From the NCBI GenBank assembly GCA_049285595.1, contig JBAQAF010000015.1:30733-94732 (forward strand): a stretch of 64,000 nucleotides of DNA, in the 5' to 3' direction. This document shows, one piece after another, positions 1 through 10,387 of this stretch (its first letter is position 1; each line of letters opens with the position of its first letter). Under the pieces are notes generated by a model. It was given only the letters and a program-made list of their open reading frames with translations. It did no database searches and was not told where the DNA came from. The DNA is from Thermoplasmata archaeon (GTDB lineage: Archaea > Thermoplasmatota > Thermoplasmata > Lutacidiplasmatales > UBA184). A program made the translations under genes and the position numbers.

Positions 1-256
1 ACTGCCGGCGAGCGGGTTCCAGTTCGCCAACCCTCTCGATCTTGACGAGGGCTTCGTCATACCTGCCCAGCCGGAGGCGCAAATTCGCATGCGCAGAGTT
101 AGTCTGGATGGCTAGTGGGTCGGACTCTTCGGCCAGGGATAATTCACGTAGAGCCTCCTCGGCTCTGCCAAGATCCTGGAGCATTTCCGCGTACCACATG
201 TGCCGTACACTTTCTCCGTGTTCAGTTTCACGGTGACGAACCCGACGTCTGGGCAT
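1..256 (-). CDS. Partial TPR-like protein (N-terminal part; gene runs off the window start)
   Basis: Minus-strand frame that is open from an ATG at 256 to position 1. It translates as MPRRRVRHRETEHGESVRHMWYAEMLQDLGRAEEALRELSLAEESDPLAIQTNSAHANLRLRLGRYDEALVKIERVGELEPARRQ, which is TPR-like in amphipathic periodicity. It is absent from the ORF track because it is truncated by the window edge. Confidence 0.25.
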   Translation of the reverse strand, partial: MPRRRVRHRETEHGESVRHMWYAEMLQDLGRAEEALRELSLAEESDPLAIQTNSAHANLRLRLGRYDEALVKIERVGELEPARRQ

Positions 257-551
257 TCGTTCCTACCGTCGTTCCTGTCGCCGGAGTACGAGATCATTCT
301 CGGGATCGCCCTCGTGGTCCCAGTCGCCTTAGTGGTCACGTACTCCCGGCGTCGGAGGAAGTCCTCTCCGATGCCGGGCGGTAGGACAGGTCCGGCGCCT
401 GACGGAGGAAGGAGTTCGGAGCCCAACCGTGCCGCCCCCCGGCCCCGGTAGGCCCTTCCGGCGTGCAGTGGGCCGGATTGGTTACCCCGAGGGCGCGGCG
501 TTCGGTGCCATGCCGGTTCCACTGCGGGCCGCGCGATGAGCCCGCTCGCCG

Positions 552-1118
552 TTACGAAGACGGGTCCTTGATCCGGCCCACCGTGTGGGCCCACTTGACC
601 CAACTCACGACCGGCGCGTTGACATCGATCTGCCAGAGTAGTGCGTTGAGTTCACCACGGTGTTGGAGTTCCTCTTCTACCAAATGCCAAAGCGCCTCTC
701 GTACCGGAACCTGACAGTCATGGTCCGACCCCCTCCCCTTCAGTCGGGCGATCGTACGCGAGAGGGTGGCTTCGGTGAGTTCCGCCATGACCCGTTGGAT
801 CTGGGTCTGGATGTACGTCTCGTCCTTCTTCAAACCGTCAACGGTGGGCGGGCCCTCAGATTCGCCGTCCTGCGGCGGGAACGGAAACGTCGCGCAGTCC
901 TTCATCCAGAAGTAGAGGGCACCTTGAGAGTGCGCGAATATATCGAGTAAGGAAGGGAACGACGCGCCCCGGTCACGAGCTAGCTCCGCGGGAGGCACTT
1001 TCGCGAGCGTCTCCAGGTATCCCTTCCGCGTGTCGGCGATGTAGGCGAACCACGCGCGAATCAACTCGAGCTCGGATTCCATCGTGAGTCCCTCCGGTCC
1101 CCGATTCCAACGGTTCAC
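552..1118 (-). CDS. DinB/DinB_2-family (damage-inducible, four-helix bundle) protein
   Basis: 188-aa ORF with a DinB-like length and His-containing motifs (HSQGALYFW ... HLVEEELQHRGE). Family recognised by eye. Confidence 0.5.
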   Translation of the reverse strand: MNRWNRGPEGLTMESELELIRAWFAYIADTRKGYLETLAKVPPAELARDRGASFPSLLDIFAHSQGALYFWMKDCATFPFPPQDGESEGPPTVDGLKKDETYIQTQIQRVMAELTEATLSRTIARLKGRGSDHDCQVPVREALWHLVEEELQHRGELNALLWQIDVNAPVVSWVKWAHTVGRIKDPSS

Positions 1119-1306
1119 TTAGGACTGCGCATCGCTCCCCGGTTCCACAGGGAGGGGTGCCCGGCCCCGAGTGTCTCGTGCTCGTTGAGCCGCCGCAGCG
1201 GGAGAGTGGTACCCCTCCGCCCGCACCCCGCGAGGCTTGGCCCGCAGCTAAGGGGAGTCCTAGCCGTCGGGCCGGGGCTTAATCTGGCCCCAGCGGTCTG
1301 CACGCC

Positions 1307-3229
1307 GTGGCCCCCACCCGTCGCCTCGCGGCGATCATGTTCACCGATATGGTGGGGTCCACGGTCGCTGCTCAGACGAACGAATCACGAGCGCTGCGAC
1401 TGCGGGACGAGCAGGCGAGCGTCGTCCGCCCTCTCTTTCACGCACACCAAGGTCGGGAGATCAAGTCCATGGGGGACGGGTTCCTCGCCGAGTTCGATAG
1501 CGCGTTGCATGCCGTCGAGTGTGCGATCGATATACAGGTGCAGCTCTGCGATAGAAACTCCCGCGTCGGCGGCCCGCCGATAGAGCTTCGCATCGGGATT
1601 CATCTGGGCGACGTCGAGCAACGCGACTCCGACATTCTGGGGGACGCCGTCAACATAGCCTCACGGATTGAACCGTTGGCGTTGCCGGGCGGAGTATCCA
1701 TCACCGGAGAGGTGTTCAGCCAAGTTCGTAACAAGATCCGGAATCGATTCGAGAAACTGCCTCCGACGCCGCTCAAGGGGCTCCAAGTCCCGATCGACGT
1801 CTATCGGATCGTACTCCCCTCGGTGGGGCCGGCTGCTCCCGTCGAGGCAACGGTACCCGCCGGTATCGCGGTTCTTCCGTTTTCCAACATCAGCCCGGAT
1901 CCGAACGATGCCTACTTCGCGGAAGGCCTGACGGAGGAACTGATCACCGTGCTCTCGCAACTGAAGGGGCTGCGCGTCATCGCTCGGACCTCGGTGCTCC
2001 CGTACCGCTCCACTCCCAAGGGCGTCCCCGAGATCGGGAGAGATCTAGGAGTCGCTTCAATCCTCCAAGGGAGCGTGCGCAAGGCCGGGAACCGGCTTCG
2101 CATCACGGTCCAGCTCATCGACGTAGCGACCCAGGGTCACTTATGGACGAACGCGTACGACCGCGAGCTTGATGACGTGTTCGCGATCCAGGCCGAGATC
2201 GCCCGAGAGGTGGCGGAGGCGCTGAAGATCACCCTCCGGGCTGCCGAAGAGGCTCGGCTCGAGTCCCGGCCGACCGTGCGACCCGACTCCTACCTGGCGT
2301 ACCTCAAGGGACGAGTGCTGCTGCGCGATCGATCCGATGTCGCGCTGGCCGCCGCGCGCGAGCAGTTCGAGCTGGCGGTCCGCTTGGACGCTCGAAATGC
2401 GTCGGCCTACTCGGGACTCTCGGACGTAGCGATGCTCCTAGGGATCTACGTGGGATCTCGCAACGCGAAGGATGTCGAGACCAGCCGTGCGCACGCGCTG
2501 CACGCGTTGGAGCTCGACCCCGGGCTCGCCGAGGCCCACGCGTCGCTGGCGCACGCGTTGACCGAGGAGCTTCAGTACGCCGAAGCGGAGAAGGAGTTCG
2601 AACGCGCCCTGTCGCTCAATCCGAGCTATTCCTCGGCCCATCATTGGTACTCTCTGCTCCTTCAGTGCCAGGCACGGGCCGATGACGCGGTCCGGGAGAT
2701 CACGCTCGCGGAGCAGGGAGATCCCCTCTCGGTGGCGATCCTGGCGGCGTCCACCGTGCTCCTGGCCGGCCTGAGGAGGATGGACGAGGCGTCGGCCAAG
2801 CTCGAAAAACTAGGAGCCGTCGAGAATTTTGGCGATTACTACCATCTCGCCACGTTCGAATACCGCATGGCCCGATCCGAATACGCCGCGGCCCTGACGG
2901 AGCTCGACCGCCTGGACGCGGCGCATCAGGGCGACGCCGGACTGCTCTCGGGGTACGCCACGTACTACGCCCGGGTCGGCGACCGGCCCCGGGCGCTCGA
3001 GTATCTCCAGAAGGTCGAAGCGATTCCGGACGGGATCCCGTTCAAAGAGGACCTCATTGCGACCGTCTACGCGGATCTGGGCGACCTCGACGAGGCGTTT
3101 CGTTGGATCGACCGTGCGGTCGTGGGTCGCACGATCGTGATCCGGACCTGGAGGCTCGACCCCCGGTTCGATCGCGTCCGCTCCGATCCCCGATTCCAAC
3201 GCGTGCTGCAGCGGTTGAACCTGGCCTAG
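1307..3229 (+). CDS. Class III adenylate/guanylate cyclase domain fused to a TolB-N-like region and TPR repeats
   Basis: N-terminus has the FTDMVGST ... GDGFLAEF ... LRIGIHLGDV motif set typical of a class III nucleotidyl cyclase catalytic domain. The middle region (LPFSNISPDPNDAYFAEGLTEEL ... IQGSVRKAGNRLRITVQL) is TolB-N-like, and the C-terminal half contains TPR-like repeats. Ends in TAG. Confidence 0.75.
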   Translation: MAPTRRLAAIMFTDMVGSTVAAQTNESRALRLRDEQASVVRPLFHAHQGREIKSMGDGFLAEFDSALHAVECAIDIQVQLCDRNSRVGGPPIELRIGIHLGDVEQRDSDILGDAVNIASRIEPLALPGGVSITGEVFSQVRNKIRNRFEKLPPTPLKGLQVPIDVYRIVLPSVGPAAPVEATVPAGIAVLPFSNISPDPNDAYFAEGLTEELITVLSQLKGLRVIARTSVLPYRSTPKGVPEIGRDLGVASILQGSVRKAGNRLRITVQLIDVATQGHLWTNAYDRELDDVFAIQAEIAREVAEALKITLRAAEEARLESRPTVRPDSYLAYLKGRVLLRDRSDVALAAAREQFELAVRLDARNASAYSGLSDVAMLLGIYVGSRNAKDVETSRAHALHALELDPGLAEAHASLAHALTEELQYAEAEKEFERALSLNPSYSSAHHWYSLLLQCQARADDAVREITLAEQGDPLSVAILAASTVLLAGLRRMDEASAKLEKLGAVENFGDYYHLATFEYRMARSEYAAALTELDRLDAAHQGDAGLLSGYATYYARVGDRPRALEYLQKVEAIPDGIPFKEDLIATVYADLGDLDEAFRWIDRAVVGRTIVIRTWRLDPRFDRVRSDPRFQRVLQRLNLA

Positions 3230-3728
3230 TGGCGACCGGGTCGGGGCCCGGCTCGACCCGTGTCCAGGTTGGACTCATCCCTTGGTGAACATTCTGGGGA
3301 AGTCTCCGCGTCGTCGGGGAATTTGCCGTGGGTAACGGGCAGGCCGAACGGACGCCCTGCCAGTACGTGGCTCCGTCTCTTCGACCGGGCCGCTTGCGGG
3401 CGGCCGCCCATTCCTCTTCGAAGCCACGATGCGTCTGCACTCCTAGTTCGATCTCCTCGATCATCGGCCGCCGGTTCGGCGCTGACCTCATGGAAGGGGT
3501 CTCGTGATGCGCGGCCACTTTGATCCTGAACTCATCCCCTGCCTACGGTGCGTTCTCGACTTACCGCAGAGCGCGAGAGGCGGAACGGCGGACGAGGCTA
3601 CTTGCGATCGCGTCGGCTGATGGCACCTGGGTAGCGGGTCGTCACGACGGGAACGGCAGAGTCCAATTTCAATCTGACCATTCCAATTCAGCTGGGCCAT
3701 CGGAGTGAGGCGATGGATCGCGGTGCTC

Positions 3729-3758
3729 GACGATGGCAAAGCTTGAGTCGCCATCGTC
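3729..3758. other. Perfect 9-bp inverted repeat (GACGATGGC ... GCCATCGTC, 12-nt loop) in a 550-bp non-coding gap
   Basis: Seen directly in the sequence, about 25 nt upstream of the ATG at 3783. Confidence 0.3.
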
Positions 3759-3782
3759 GCTCCGGCTCCGCGGCGATCTCAC

Positions 3783-4799
3783 GTGGATCCGTTCAGTCAC
3801 ATCCTCCTCGCCTACCTTCTCGGCTTCGGGATCTTCGGAGCGCAAGGACTCCAGTTTGTTGTCGCCTCAGCCTTCGCCGGAGCGCTGCCGGACGCGGACG
3901 TCCTGGTCTACCCCTTGTCGTCCCGATTCCCTATGCTCCGCCACCGAGGGATTTCCCACTCGATCGTCGGTGTTACGGGGATCGCAGCGGTCGGTTCGTT
4001 TGTCGTACCTCGCATGCTCGCATGGGCATTCGGCCCCGGCTTTGGAGACGGGTCGGCGATCTACTTCTTTGTCGCGCTCGAGGTAGGGGGACTGTCGCAC
4101 GTACTGCTCGACGCCATGGACCACTGGTCGGTCCCTATCTTTGCCCCGTTCTCGAAACACGAGTATCACTTTGACGCCGACCGGATCATGAATTTCGGCG
4201 CGATGTCCTTCACCGTGTTCGCGTACGGAGTCATGCTGTACGAGCGGGGAAGGGTGGGGGTGTGGCTCTGGGAGCTCACCACCTACCTGCTCCTCCTGGC
4301 GGCCGGGGCGTATTTCGCGGTCCGCCTGGTCGCCCGGTGGCGGGCGGGAACGGCGACGAAGCGGCTGGGCTTCGATGACGTGATCCCGCAGGGCAACCCC
4401 CTCGTCTTCCTCCTCCACTCCCGTTCGGAAAGTGCCGGGGAGCTTCGCGTTCGGTTTGCCCGGTACCATTTGATCCGTGGTATCCACGGGGCCGTCCAGT
4501 CGGTGGTCGTTCCGCCCTCCACGGAGGAGTCCGCGGTGATCTCTTCTCCAGAACTTGCGCTCTCCCGGAGCTATCCGTTGGCCCTCCGTGCAAGTTGGAT
4601 CTTGGGAGAGACTCATCACTTTGGGATCGCACGGGCGGTCCGGGGAGGGTTCGAGGTCTTCTGGTTCTCTCTCGAAATGGCCTCTTTCGGAAGGTCGGCC
4701 GGGGTGCTGGCGCGAGTCGACTCGGGGTCCGGGGCCATCACCACTCGGACCGCGTGGCGCAATCCGACGCGTGTTTTCGAAGTTCCCTCGGGAATCTGA
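3783..4799 (+). CDS. Membrane-bound metal-dependent hydrolase (DUF457/YdjM-like)
   Basis: N-terminus MDPFSHILLAYLLGFGIF followed by multiple TM segments. Architecture is typical of the inner-membrane metal-dependent hydrolase family. Confidence 0.55.
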   Translation: MDPFSHILLAYLLGFGIFGAQGLQFVVASAFAGALPDADVLVYPLSSRFPMLRHRGISHSIVGVTGIAAVGSFVVPRMLAWAFGPGFGDGSAIYFFVALEVGGLSHVLLDAMDHWSVPIFAPFSKHEYHFDADRIMNFGAMSFTVFAYGVMLYERGRVGVWLWELTTYLLLLAAGAYFAVRLVARWRAGTATKRLGFDDVIPQGNPLVFLLHSRSESAGELRVRFARYHLIRGIHGAVQSVVVPPSTEESAVISSPELALSRSYPLALRASWILGETHHFGIARAVRGGFEVFWFSLEMASFGRSAGVLARVDSGSGAITTRTAWRNPTRVFEVPSGI

Positions 4800-4847
4800 A
4801 TCTTCGGTTCAGTTATCCCTGAAGATCCGGTTCGCCGTGGATGCTCG

Positions 4848-5657
4848 CTACCCCCCCAAGGACGGAGGGGGAGTATTCTCGACAGGTGACGCCGGGTGCA
4901 CTCCCCGCGTTGATCCTGCCACACTCCCCTCGCCGAGAAGGTGGGTTGGTGCGGGTCCCCGAGGCTCCGAGCGGGTACGAATCCAGCCGATGAATGAAGC
5001 GACGGCGAAGAGCGTAGCGGCGACCATCAAGTAGTAACCCACATCCCCGGCCCACGCGTACTGAGTTCCGGAGGAGGTCCCGTTGCCCCAGAACGACTTA
5101 CACGGCGATTGAGATCCGAATCCCGAGCACCCGCCGGAGGAGTGCGACAGAGCGTAGGGCTGAATGCCGGGGACGAGAACGACCGTGAGGAGGCCAATGA
5201 TCAGCACGGCGATCAGCAGCACGCGGATCGTTCCGATGCGATTCGGCGTCCGGCTCGAGCCCAACGAAGAGATCACTGCCAACGTCCCACCAATCAAACT
5301 GAGCATCATCACGGCAAGGGCCAACGCGAGCACGGCCTCGTACAGTTCACCGACAGGTCCTAGCCCGACGAGCGCGTAAGGCGCGGTGAGCGTTGCCCCA
5401 GCCGACGATCCGGTCAGTGAGCCGCCTGGCAGAAAGTGAATCACCGAGATACCGCTGCCGGCGACGTACGAATCGGCCCACCACGCCGTCATTGCGGAGA
5501 CTCCCGCCAGAGACCCCCCGATGAGGGCAAGAATTCCTGAGACGAATCGGCCTTGACTGAAGACGCGAGGCGGTCGAGCCGGCGGGGCGAGTGCTACCTC
5601 GGGATCGCCAGGGCCGGACGGCGGCGGGAACGGGGTGCTCATGGGGTCACTGATCAC
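4848..5657 (-). CDS. Hypothetical polytopic membrane protein
   Basis: 269-aa ORF with about 4 hydrophobic helices. No recognisable catalytic motif. Confidence 0.4.
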   Translation of the reverse strand: MISDPMSTPFPPPSGPGDPEVALAPPARPPRVFSQGRFVSGILALIGGSLAGVSAMTAWWADSYVAGSGISVIHFLPGGSLTGSSAGATLTAPYALVGLGPVGELYEAVLALALAVMMLSLIGGTLAVISSLGSSRTPNRIGTIRVLLIAVLIIGLLTVVLVPGIQPYALSHSSGGCSGFGSQSPCKSFWGNGTSSGTQYAWAGDVGYYLMVAATLFAVASFIGWIRTRSEPRGPAPTHLLGEGSVAGSTRGVHPASPVENTPPPSLGG

Positions 5658-5797
5658 GCGAAGTCACCGCCCGAGATTACTTGGGCGCTTCGGCGGATTG
5701 ACCCGCTGCCGGTCCACGTCCGGAGGATTGCCGAGATACCGTGGCAGAGGTGGACTCAGGGTTGAACTCCGTGGGTGACTCTCCCCGGGGGCACGCA

Positions 5798-6535
5798 CTA
5801 GCCGACCCCGTACCGGTCGATCTGGAACCGGATCCGCTGCACCACGTCTGCCGGATCGAAATCCTCTCCGTATCGTCCAAAGTACCGCCGAAGGGATTCT
5901 AGTCCCCGAGTCAGAGCCTGAAGAGCCTCACCGAGTCGCTGCCACGGGGGCATGCCGAGCCGGTCGACCCGGATTCCCGCAGCGAGATCGATGATCCACG
6001 GCTTGTTCTCGTACACCAGGAGGTTGAACGGGCTGAGGTCGGAGTGAACGATCCCCGCCTCGGCGAGTCGCTCGATCGCGGCGATGGTGAGGGGAAGGAA
6101 CGACTCCGCGTCATCCAGCCGGGCGTGCTGAAGCATCGGTGCCGCCGCGTCCGAGGTTCCGAGGTACTGCATGGAGAACATGTTCTCGATCCTCCGCCCC
6201 GGTCGAGGAACGCTCGCCCCGTCCTGCCACGCGTAGCAGAGCAACTCGAACTCTCGGGACGCCCGTTGCCCCATCGATTCGAGCTTGATGGAGCCGCCGC
6301 CTCGGTGAGCCGTCCGGTACTGTCGGTAGACCTTCACCGCCGTCAGCCGCGGGCCGTCACGACATAGATAGACGTCCGCCTCTTTACCGGATCCGAGCCG
6401 CTGACCCACCTCCGTTGCGAGGCCGGCCTCCCGGATGGTCGCTGCAGTCTCCTGGTGCGTCGGTTCAGCGAAGCCTATCTGCCCGGTCCGCACCTTCCAG
6501 TGCACGCTTTCGTCGAGGTATCCGTCGTTGGGCAT
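5798..6535 (-). CDS. RIO-type atypical serine/threonine protein kinase
   Basis: Glycine loop LGSGKEADVY, catalytic loop VHSDLSPFNLLV and metal-binding IIDLAAG match the RIO kinase signature. Start chosen at the internal ATG (6535, MPNDGYL...) because the upstream extension to 6664 is Arg/Pro-rich junk. Confidence 0.6.
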   Translation of the reverse strand: MPNDGYLDESVHWKVRTGQIGFAEPTHQETAATIREAGLATEVGQRLGSGKEADVYLCRDGPRLTAVKVYRQYRTAHRGGGSIKLESMGQRASREFELLCYAWQDGASVPRPGRRIENMFSMQYLGTSDAAAPMLQHARLDDAESFLPLTIAAIERLAEAGIVHSDLSPFNLLVYENKPWIIDLAAGIRVDRLGMPPWQRLGEALQALTRGLESLRRYFGRYGEDFDPADVVQRIRFQIDRYGVG

Positions 6536-7519
6536 CGTTTGTCCCGGCCCATGGGCTTCTAGGCTGCGAAGTGAAACTACAGCGGGTCGACCGGGTCGCG
6601 CTAGGGCGGATGTTAGGCGGATTGCGCGTGGCCGGTTCCCGCTATCACTGCCATCTCCGCGCAACCCTCCTGACCCGAGGCCAATCCTCCATCGGGCTAT
6701 GAATATCTAAGCGTTCTGCTGGCCGTCTCGGGGCAGAACATCACCTGACCCCTCGCGAACATGCCGTACTCTCATCGCCTCCCGAGCCACCCACCTACCC
6801 GGTAGCTGAGCTCGATCCACAACCACCAACTCGGACCGTACGGCCCCCGTGGAGGGGCTTAGGTCTCGGCCGGAGCAACGAACTCTAGACGACGTTTCAT
6901 AACCAGTCGGCTCCCCCCCATGGCATGTCGTCTTCGGCTCAGGACGCGTTCGCAGCGCTCGTACTAGTGGCAATCATGGACGTCGGAGCCGCCTCGGTGC
7001 TGACGGCGGCCCCGTCCGCCAACCATCTCCAACCGCTTCATGGTCCCTCCGTCCGCTCGATCGCCGTCCCCTCGATCCACCCTGCCGCGGAAGTGGCGGC
7101 CGGGGCCGCCAGATCCGACGCCGCATCCGTGGTCCCCATCGAGGACTATCCTTCTTCCGAGCGCTCGATCGGCTCGATGCCCGTCGATCCATTCGGGGCA
7201 GGCGTCATCTCGGCGTAGGACTCCTGGTCTTCACCGCAGTCGGTCGCCGGCGGAGCTTCCGGCTCGGAGTACAGCGCAGTGGCCCCGTCCGGCGCGATCA
7301 TCGGAAGCTCCACCGGAACGTTCGCTTCCACTTCCGGCGTTACGAGCGAGTACACCGGGGGGAGCTCGCTCGACAAGGCTCCACCCCAGGGTGGACCGGT
7401 GCGTCAACTCACGTCCGGTAGATCGAATGCTTCCTCGAGGGGTGACGAGGGGGTCGCCGATCGACTCCCGGAGAGATCTTCGCGGTGAGGAAGTCGCTCG
7501 GCGGGTCACCGAGGAGGTG

Positions 7520-7936
7520 TCAATCCCGATCGTCACGGGCCCGAGTCGCATTCGAAGTCCGCCCTGCAACGCGCCGAGTGGGCCGAGGTTCGGCGCGCTC
7601 CCAGGATCCCCGCCGTTCCCGGGCGATGGTCCTGGCGCGCGGGACCCAGTTGTGGAGATCCATGCGAACTCGATCACCTCGGAAGGTCACCCCTTCGACC
7701 TCCAGGCGGAGGCGCTGCTCCAATCCAGCGTCTCCCTCCAACGCGATCCGCCCCCCTGCGGCGACCACCCGATGCCATGGGAGCCCGACGCCCCTTTGCA
7801 GCGCCCAGACCGTGACGCGGGCGGCGCCCGGGAGCCCTCCGGCGGCCGCCACTTGACCGTACGTGACCACCTTTCCTCGGGGAATCTCCGCGATGAGAGC
7901 TCTCAACCGGGCGAGCGTGGACCGGGGCCGCGTCAC
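7520..7936 (-). CDS. atl: Alkyltransferase-like protein (ATL; MGMT DNA-binding domain with Trp replacing the active-site Cys)
   Basis: 138 aa with an HTH (YGQVAAAGGLPGAARVTVWAL) followed by PWHRVV instead of PCHRV. That substitution is the hallmark of non-catalytic ATL proteins. Confidence 0.65.
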   Translation of the reverse strand: MTRPRSTLARLRALIAEIPRGKVVTYGQVAAAGGLPGAARVTVWALQRGVGLPWHRVVAAGGRIALEGDAGLEQRLRLEVEGVTFRGDRVRMDLHNWVPRARTIARERRGSWERAEPRPTRRVAGRTSNATRARDDRD

Positions 7937-8079
7937 GATCTCAGCCCGTCCCCTGGGTAGATTTCCCGTCTCCTGATAAACCTCTAAGGACCGGCTCGGC
8001 GAACGCCGTCGGAGGCTAGAGCTACCCTTCGACTGGGGAGGCTTAACTGCGCAACCCGCTCGGAGGGCCCGGAGACTCC

Positions 8080-9396
8080 ATGCCTCCCCCGACGCCCCGT
8101 CCGGATGGCTCGGCGAAGATGTCGGAACCTAACGTGACGGGGACTCCTTCCGCCCCCTCGGGTCCCTCACGGTCGCCGAGCTACCGGAGGGTGCTCGCCA
8201 ACCCGCCGTTCTTCCGACTGTGGACGGCCCAGTTGATCTCCCAGTCGGGCGACTACATCTTCGAGGTTGCCCTGCTCTGGTTGGTCCTCAAGCTCACGGG
8301 GTCGCCGTTCGAGGTCGCGGTGATCGTCACCGGAACGATCATTCCGGGCGTGCTGCTCGGCCCGTTCATTGGCGTCTATGTGGACCGGTGGGACCGGCGA
8401 CGGACCCTGATCGCGACCAACGTGATCCAGGGAGTGGTGATCGCGGGGCTCTCCGGCCTCATCGTTACCGGCACGGAGGATCTGCTCGGCTTGTTCGCGG
8501 TCGTTCTCATGCTGGGGGCGGGCGCTACGACCGTCCGCACCGCGACCGGCGCCTACGTCCCCTCGATCGTCGCGGTAGAGGACCTTCCTCCGGCCAACAG
8601 CCTGCTCTCCCAGAGCGGTTCGATGAATCAGATCGTGGGCCTCTCGATCGGAGGCGTCTTCGTCGCTCTCTTGGGCGTCGACCTCCCGATCGAATACGAC
8701 GCGCTCACTTTCTTCGCGGCAGCCGTCCTGCTTCTCTCACTGGCCCCCCAGCCGGGCACGAATCCGGCCCTTGCCCGACCGAGCCCACGTCCGTTCCGGG
8801 AGGAGTTCTCCGAGGGATTGACGTTCATCCGGACGAATCGGTTCATGCTCGAGCTGATCGTCATCGGAATCATCGTGAATTTCTTCGGGATCGGGATCTT
8901 CGCGCTCTTCGCACCCTACGCGGCGTTCGTGCTTCACGGGGGAGCCGCGGACTACGGTGCGCTCGGAGCGAGCGTCGCCGGGGGGGCCCTTGCGGGAGCG
9001 CTCGCGATCGGCCGCGTCGACACTCGTCGGACCGCGGGCCGGTACATCTTCATCGGCGGGGTGAGCATCGGCATCTTCATCCTCCTCGTGGGAGTCGTCC
9101 ACTCACTCCTCCCGGCGATCGCGTTGATGGTCGGGGTCGGAGTCACGGTCTCCGTGACGAACCTCCCCATCTCGGTGGTGATGCAGGCGAAGATCCCCGG
9201 AACAATGCTCGGCCGGGTAGGAGGGACGTTCGGGGCGTTGATCCTGGCGACCGCACCGTTCGGCCCCTTGTTCGCTGGCTGGCTCGCCCAGCGGTGGTCC
9301 GTGAGCGGCGTCTTTGTCCTCTCGGGTCTCATCATCGCCGTCGTGCTCGGCCTCGGCGCGCTGACGATGAGCTCGGTCCGCAACGTCGAGTACTGA
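8080..9396 (+). CDS. MFS transporter
   Basis: 438 aa with 12 predicted TM segments and the MFS-like loop GPFIGVYVDRWDRRRT between TM2 and TM3. Ends in TGA. Confidence 0.7.
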   Translation: MPPPTPRPDGSAKMSEPNVTGTPSAPSGPSRSPSYRRVLANPPFFRLWTAQLISQSGDYIFEVALLWLVLKLTGSPFEVAVIVTGTIIPGVLLGPFIGVYVDRWDRRRTLIATNVIQGVVIAGLSGLIVTGTEDLLGLFAVVLMLGAGATTVRTATGAYVPSIVAVEDLPPANSLLSQSGSMNQIVGLSIGGVFVALLGVDLPIEYDALTFFAAAVLLLSLAPQPGTNPALARPSPRPFREEFSEGLTFIRTNRFMLELIVIGIIVNFFGIGIFALFAPYAAFVLHGGAADYGALGASVAGGALAGALAIGRVDTRRTAGRYIFIGGVSIGIFILLVGVVHSLLPAIALMVGVGVTVSVTNLPISVVMQAKIPGTMLGRVGGTFGALILATAPFGPLFAGWLAQRWSVSGVFVLSGLIIAVVLGLGALTMSSVRNVEY

Positions 9397-9507
9397 CCCC
9401 CCCTCGGCCCCAACAGACCTCTCTAGAGTAGCACCGAATCGCGCGGCTTCCGTAGGCGGGGCGCTTAGGAGACCGGTCGGGATACTCGGCTCGGCCGTCG
9501 GCACGAC

Positions 9508-10290
9508 TCAAAGGAAATTTGCCGTCAAGGGAAGGTCGGGCACCGGCCCCCGGTTCTTTCGGCATTCGAACAGCTCGTGCGCTGCCTCTCCCTCGGGGAT
9601 CCGTTCGCGTCGGAGCACCTCGAAGCCGGCATGCTCGAGCCAGCGGGCATAGGAGTCCCCGTCCGCCTGGCTCCAGTACATCTCGGCGCTCGATCCCAAC
9701 CAGCCGGACTCCGTGCCCGTGAAGGCGGCCTCGCCCGCGATGAGGAGAAATGGTCCTCCGGGTCGGATCCACCGTCCGATGCGATCGAGCAGGGGCGGGT
9801 GTTCCTCCACCGGAACATGAATGATCGAGTAGAGGCAGATCGCCGCGTCCAGGCTACCGGCCAAAAAACGGACCGCGGTCATGTCGGTGCGGAGGAACGT
9901 CGCCCGCGGAACCTTCCGGCGCGCTCACTCGATCTGGACTTCCGAGATATCCACGCCGACCACCTCGAACCGCCGCGCGAGGATCCGCGCGTCCGGAACA
10001 CCGCAACCGCACCCTAGATCGAGGACTTTCGAGCCGTTCTTCAGCTTCAGGAGCGGCGTGAGCCACCGTTTGTGGTCAGCGAGCGAATGACCGAAGACGT
10101 CGGCATCTCGCCCGTCGGGTCGGTAGACGGTCGAAACTTGATCCCATCCTTGCCGCACGATCTCCTTGGGTGATCGATCGCTTTCCGACCCAGAATCCCC
10201 CGTGGTCATTCCCCTTCGCCTCCACTGGGTCACCGGGGCACCAGGGTGGAGCTCATCAACCATAGGGTCGCGGCGTGGAGCGGTGGACAA
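9508..10290 (-). pseudogene. Class I SAM-dependent methyltransferase interrupted by an in-frame TGA at 9925-9927
   Basis: ORFs 9925..10290 (motif I VLDLGCGCG ... VVGVDISEVQIE) and 9508..9882 (the rest of the Rossmann fold) are in the same frame (both ends are 0 mod 3). They are separated only by TGA followed by 14 sense codons (ARRKVPRATFLRTD) that fit MTase motif II spacing. A single-codon nonsense, not a frameshift. Confidence 0.55.
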
Positions 10291-10387
10291 GGAATCGTCC
10301 GGCCCTACACGTAGCCTAGGGAGCCTAGCGATCCCCCGGCTTCGACCTGACCCTGCGACCGATCCTCGGGCTGGCCGGGGGACTGCG

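Noticed and set aside
3260-3754. ORFs 3260..3523(+), 3488..3754(-) and others in the 550-bp gap after the cyclase
   Set aside because: Low-complexity composition and no motifs. The gap is better described as non-coding with a hairpin.
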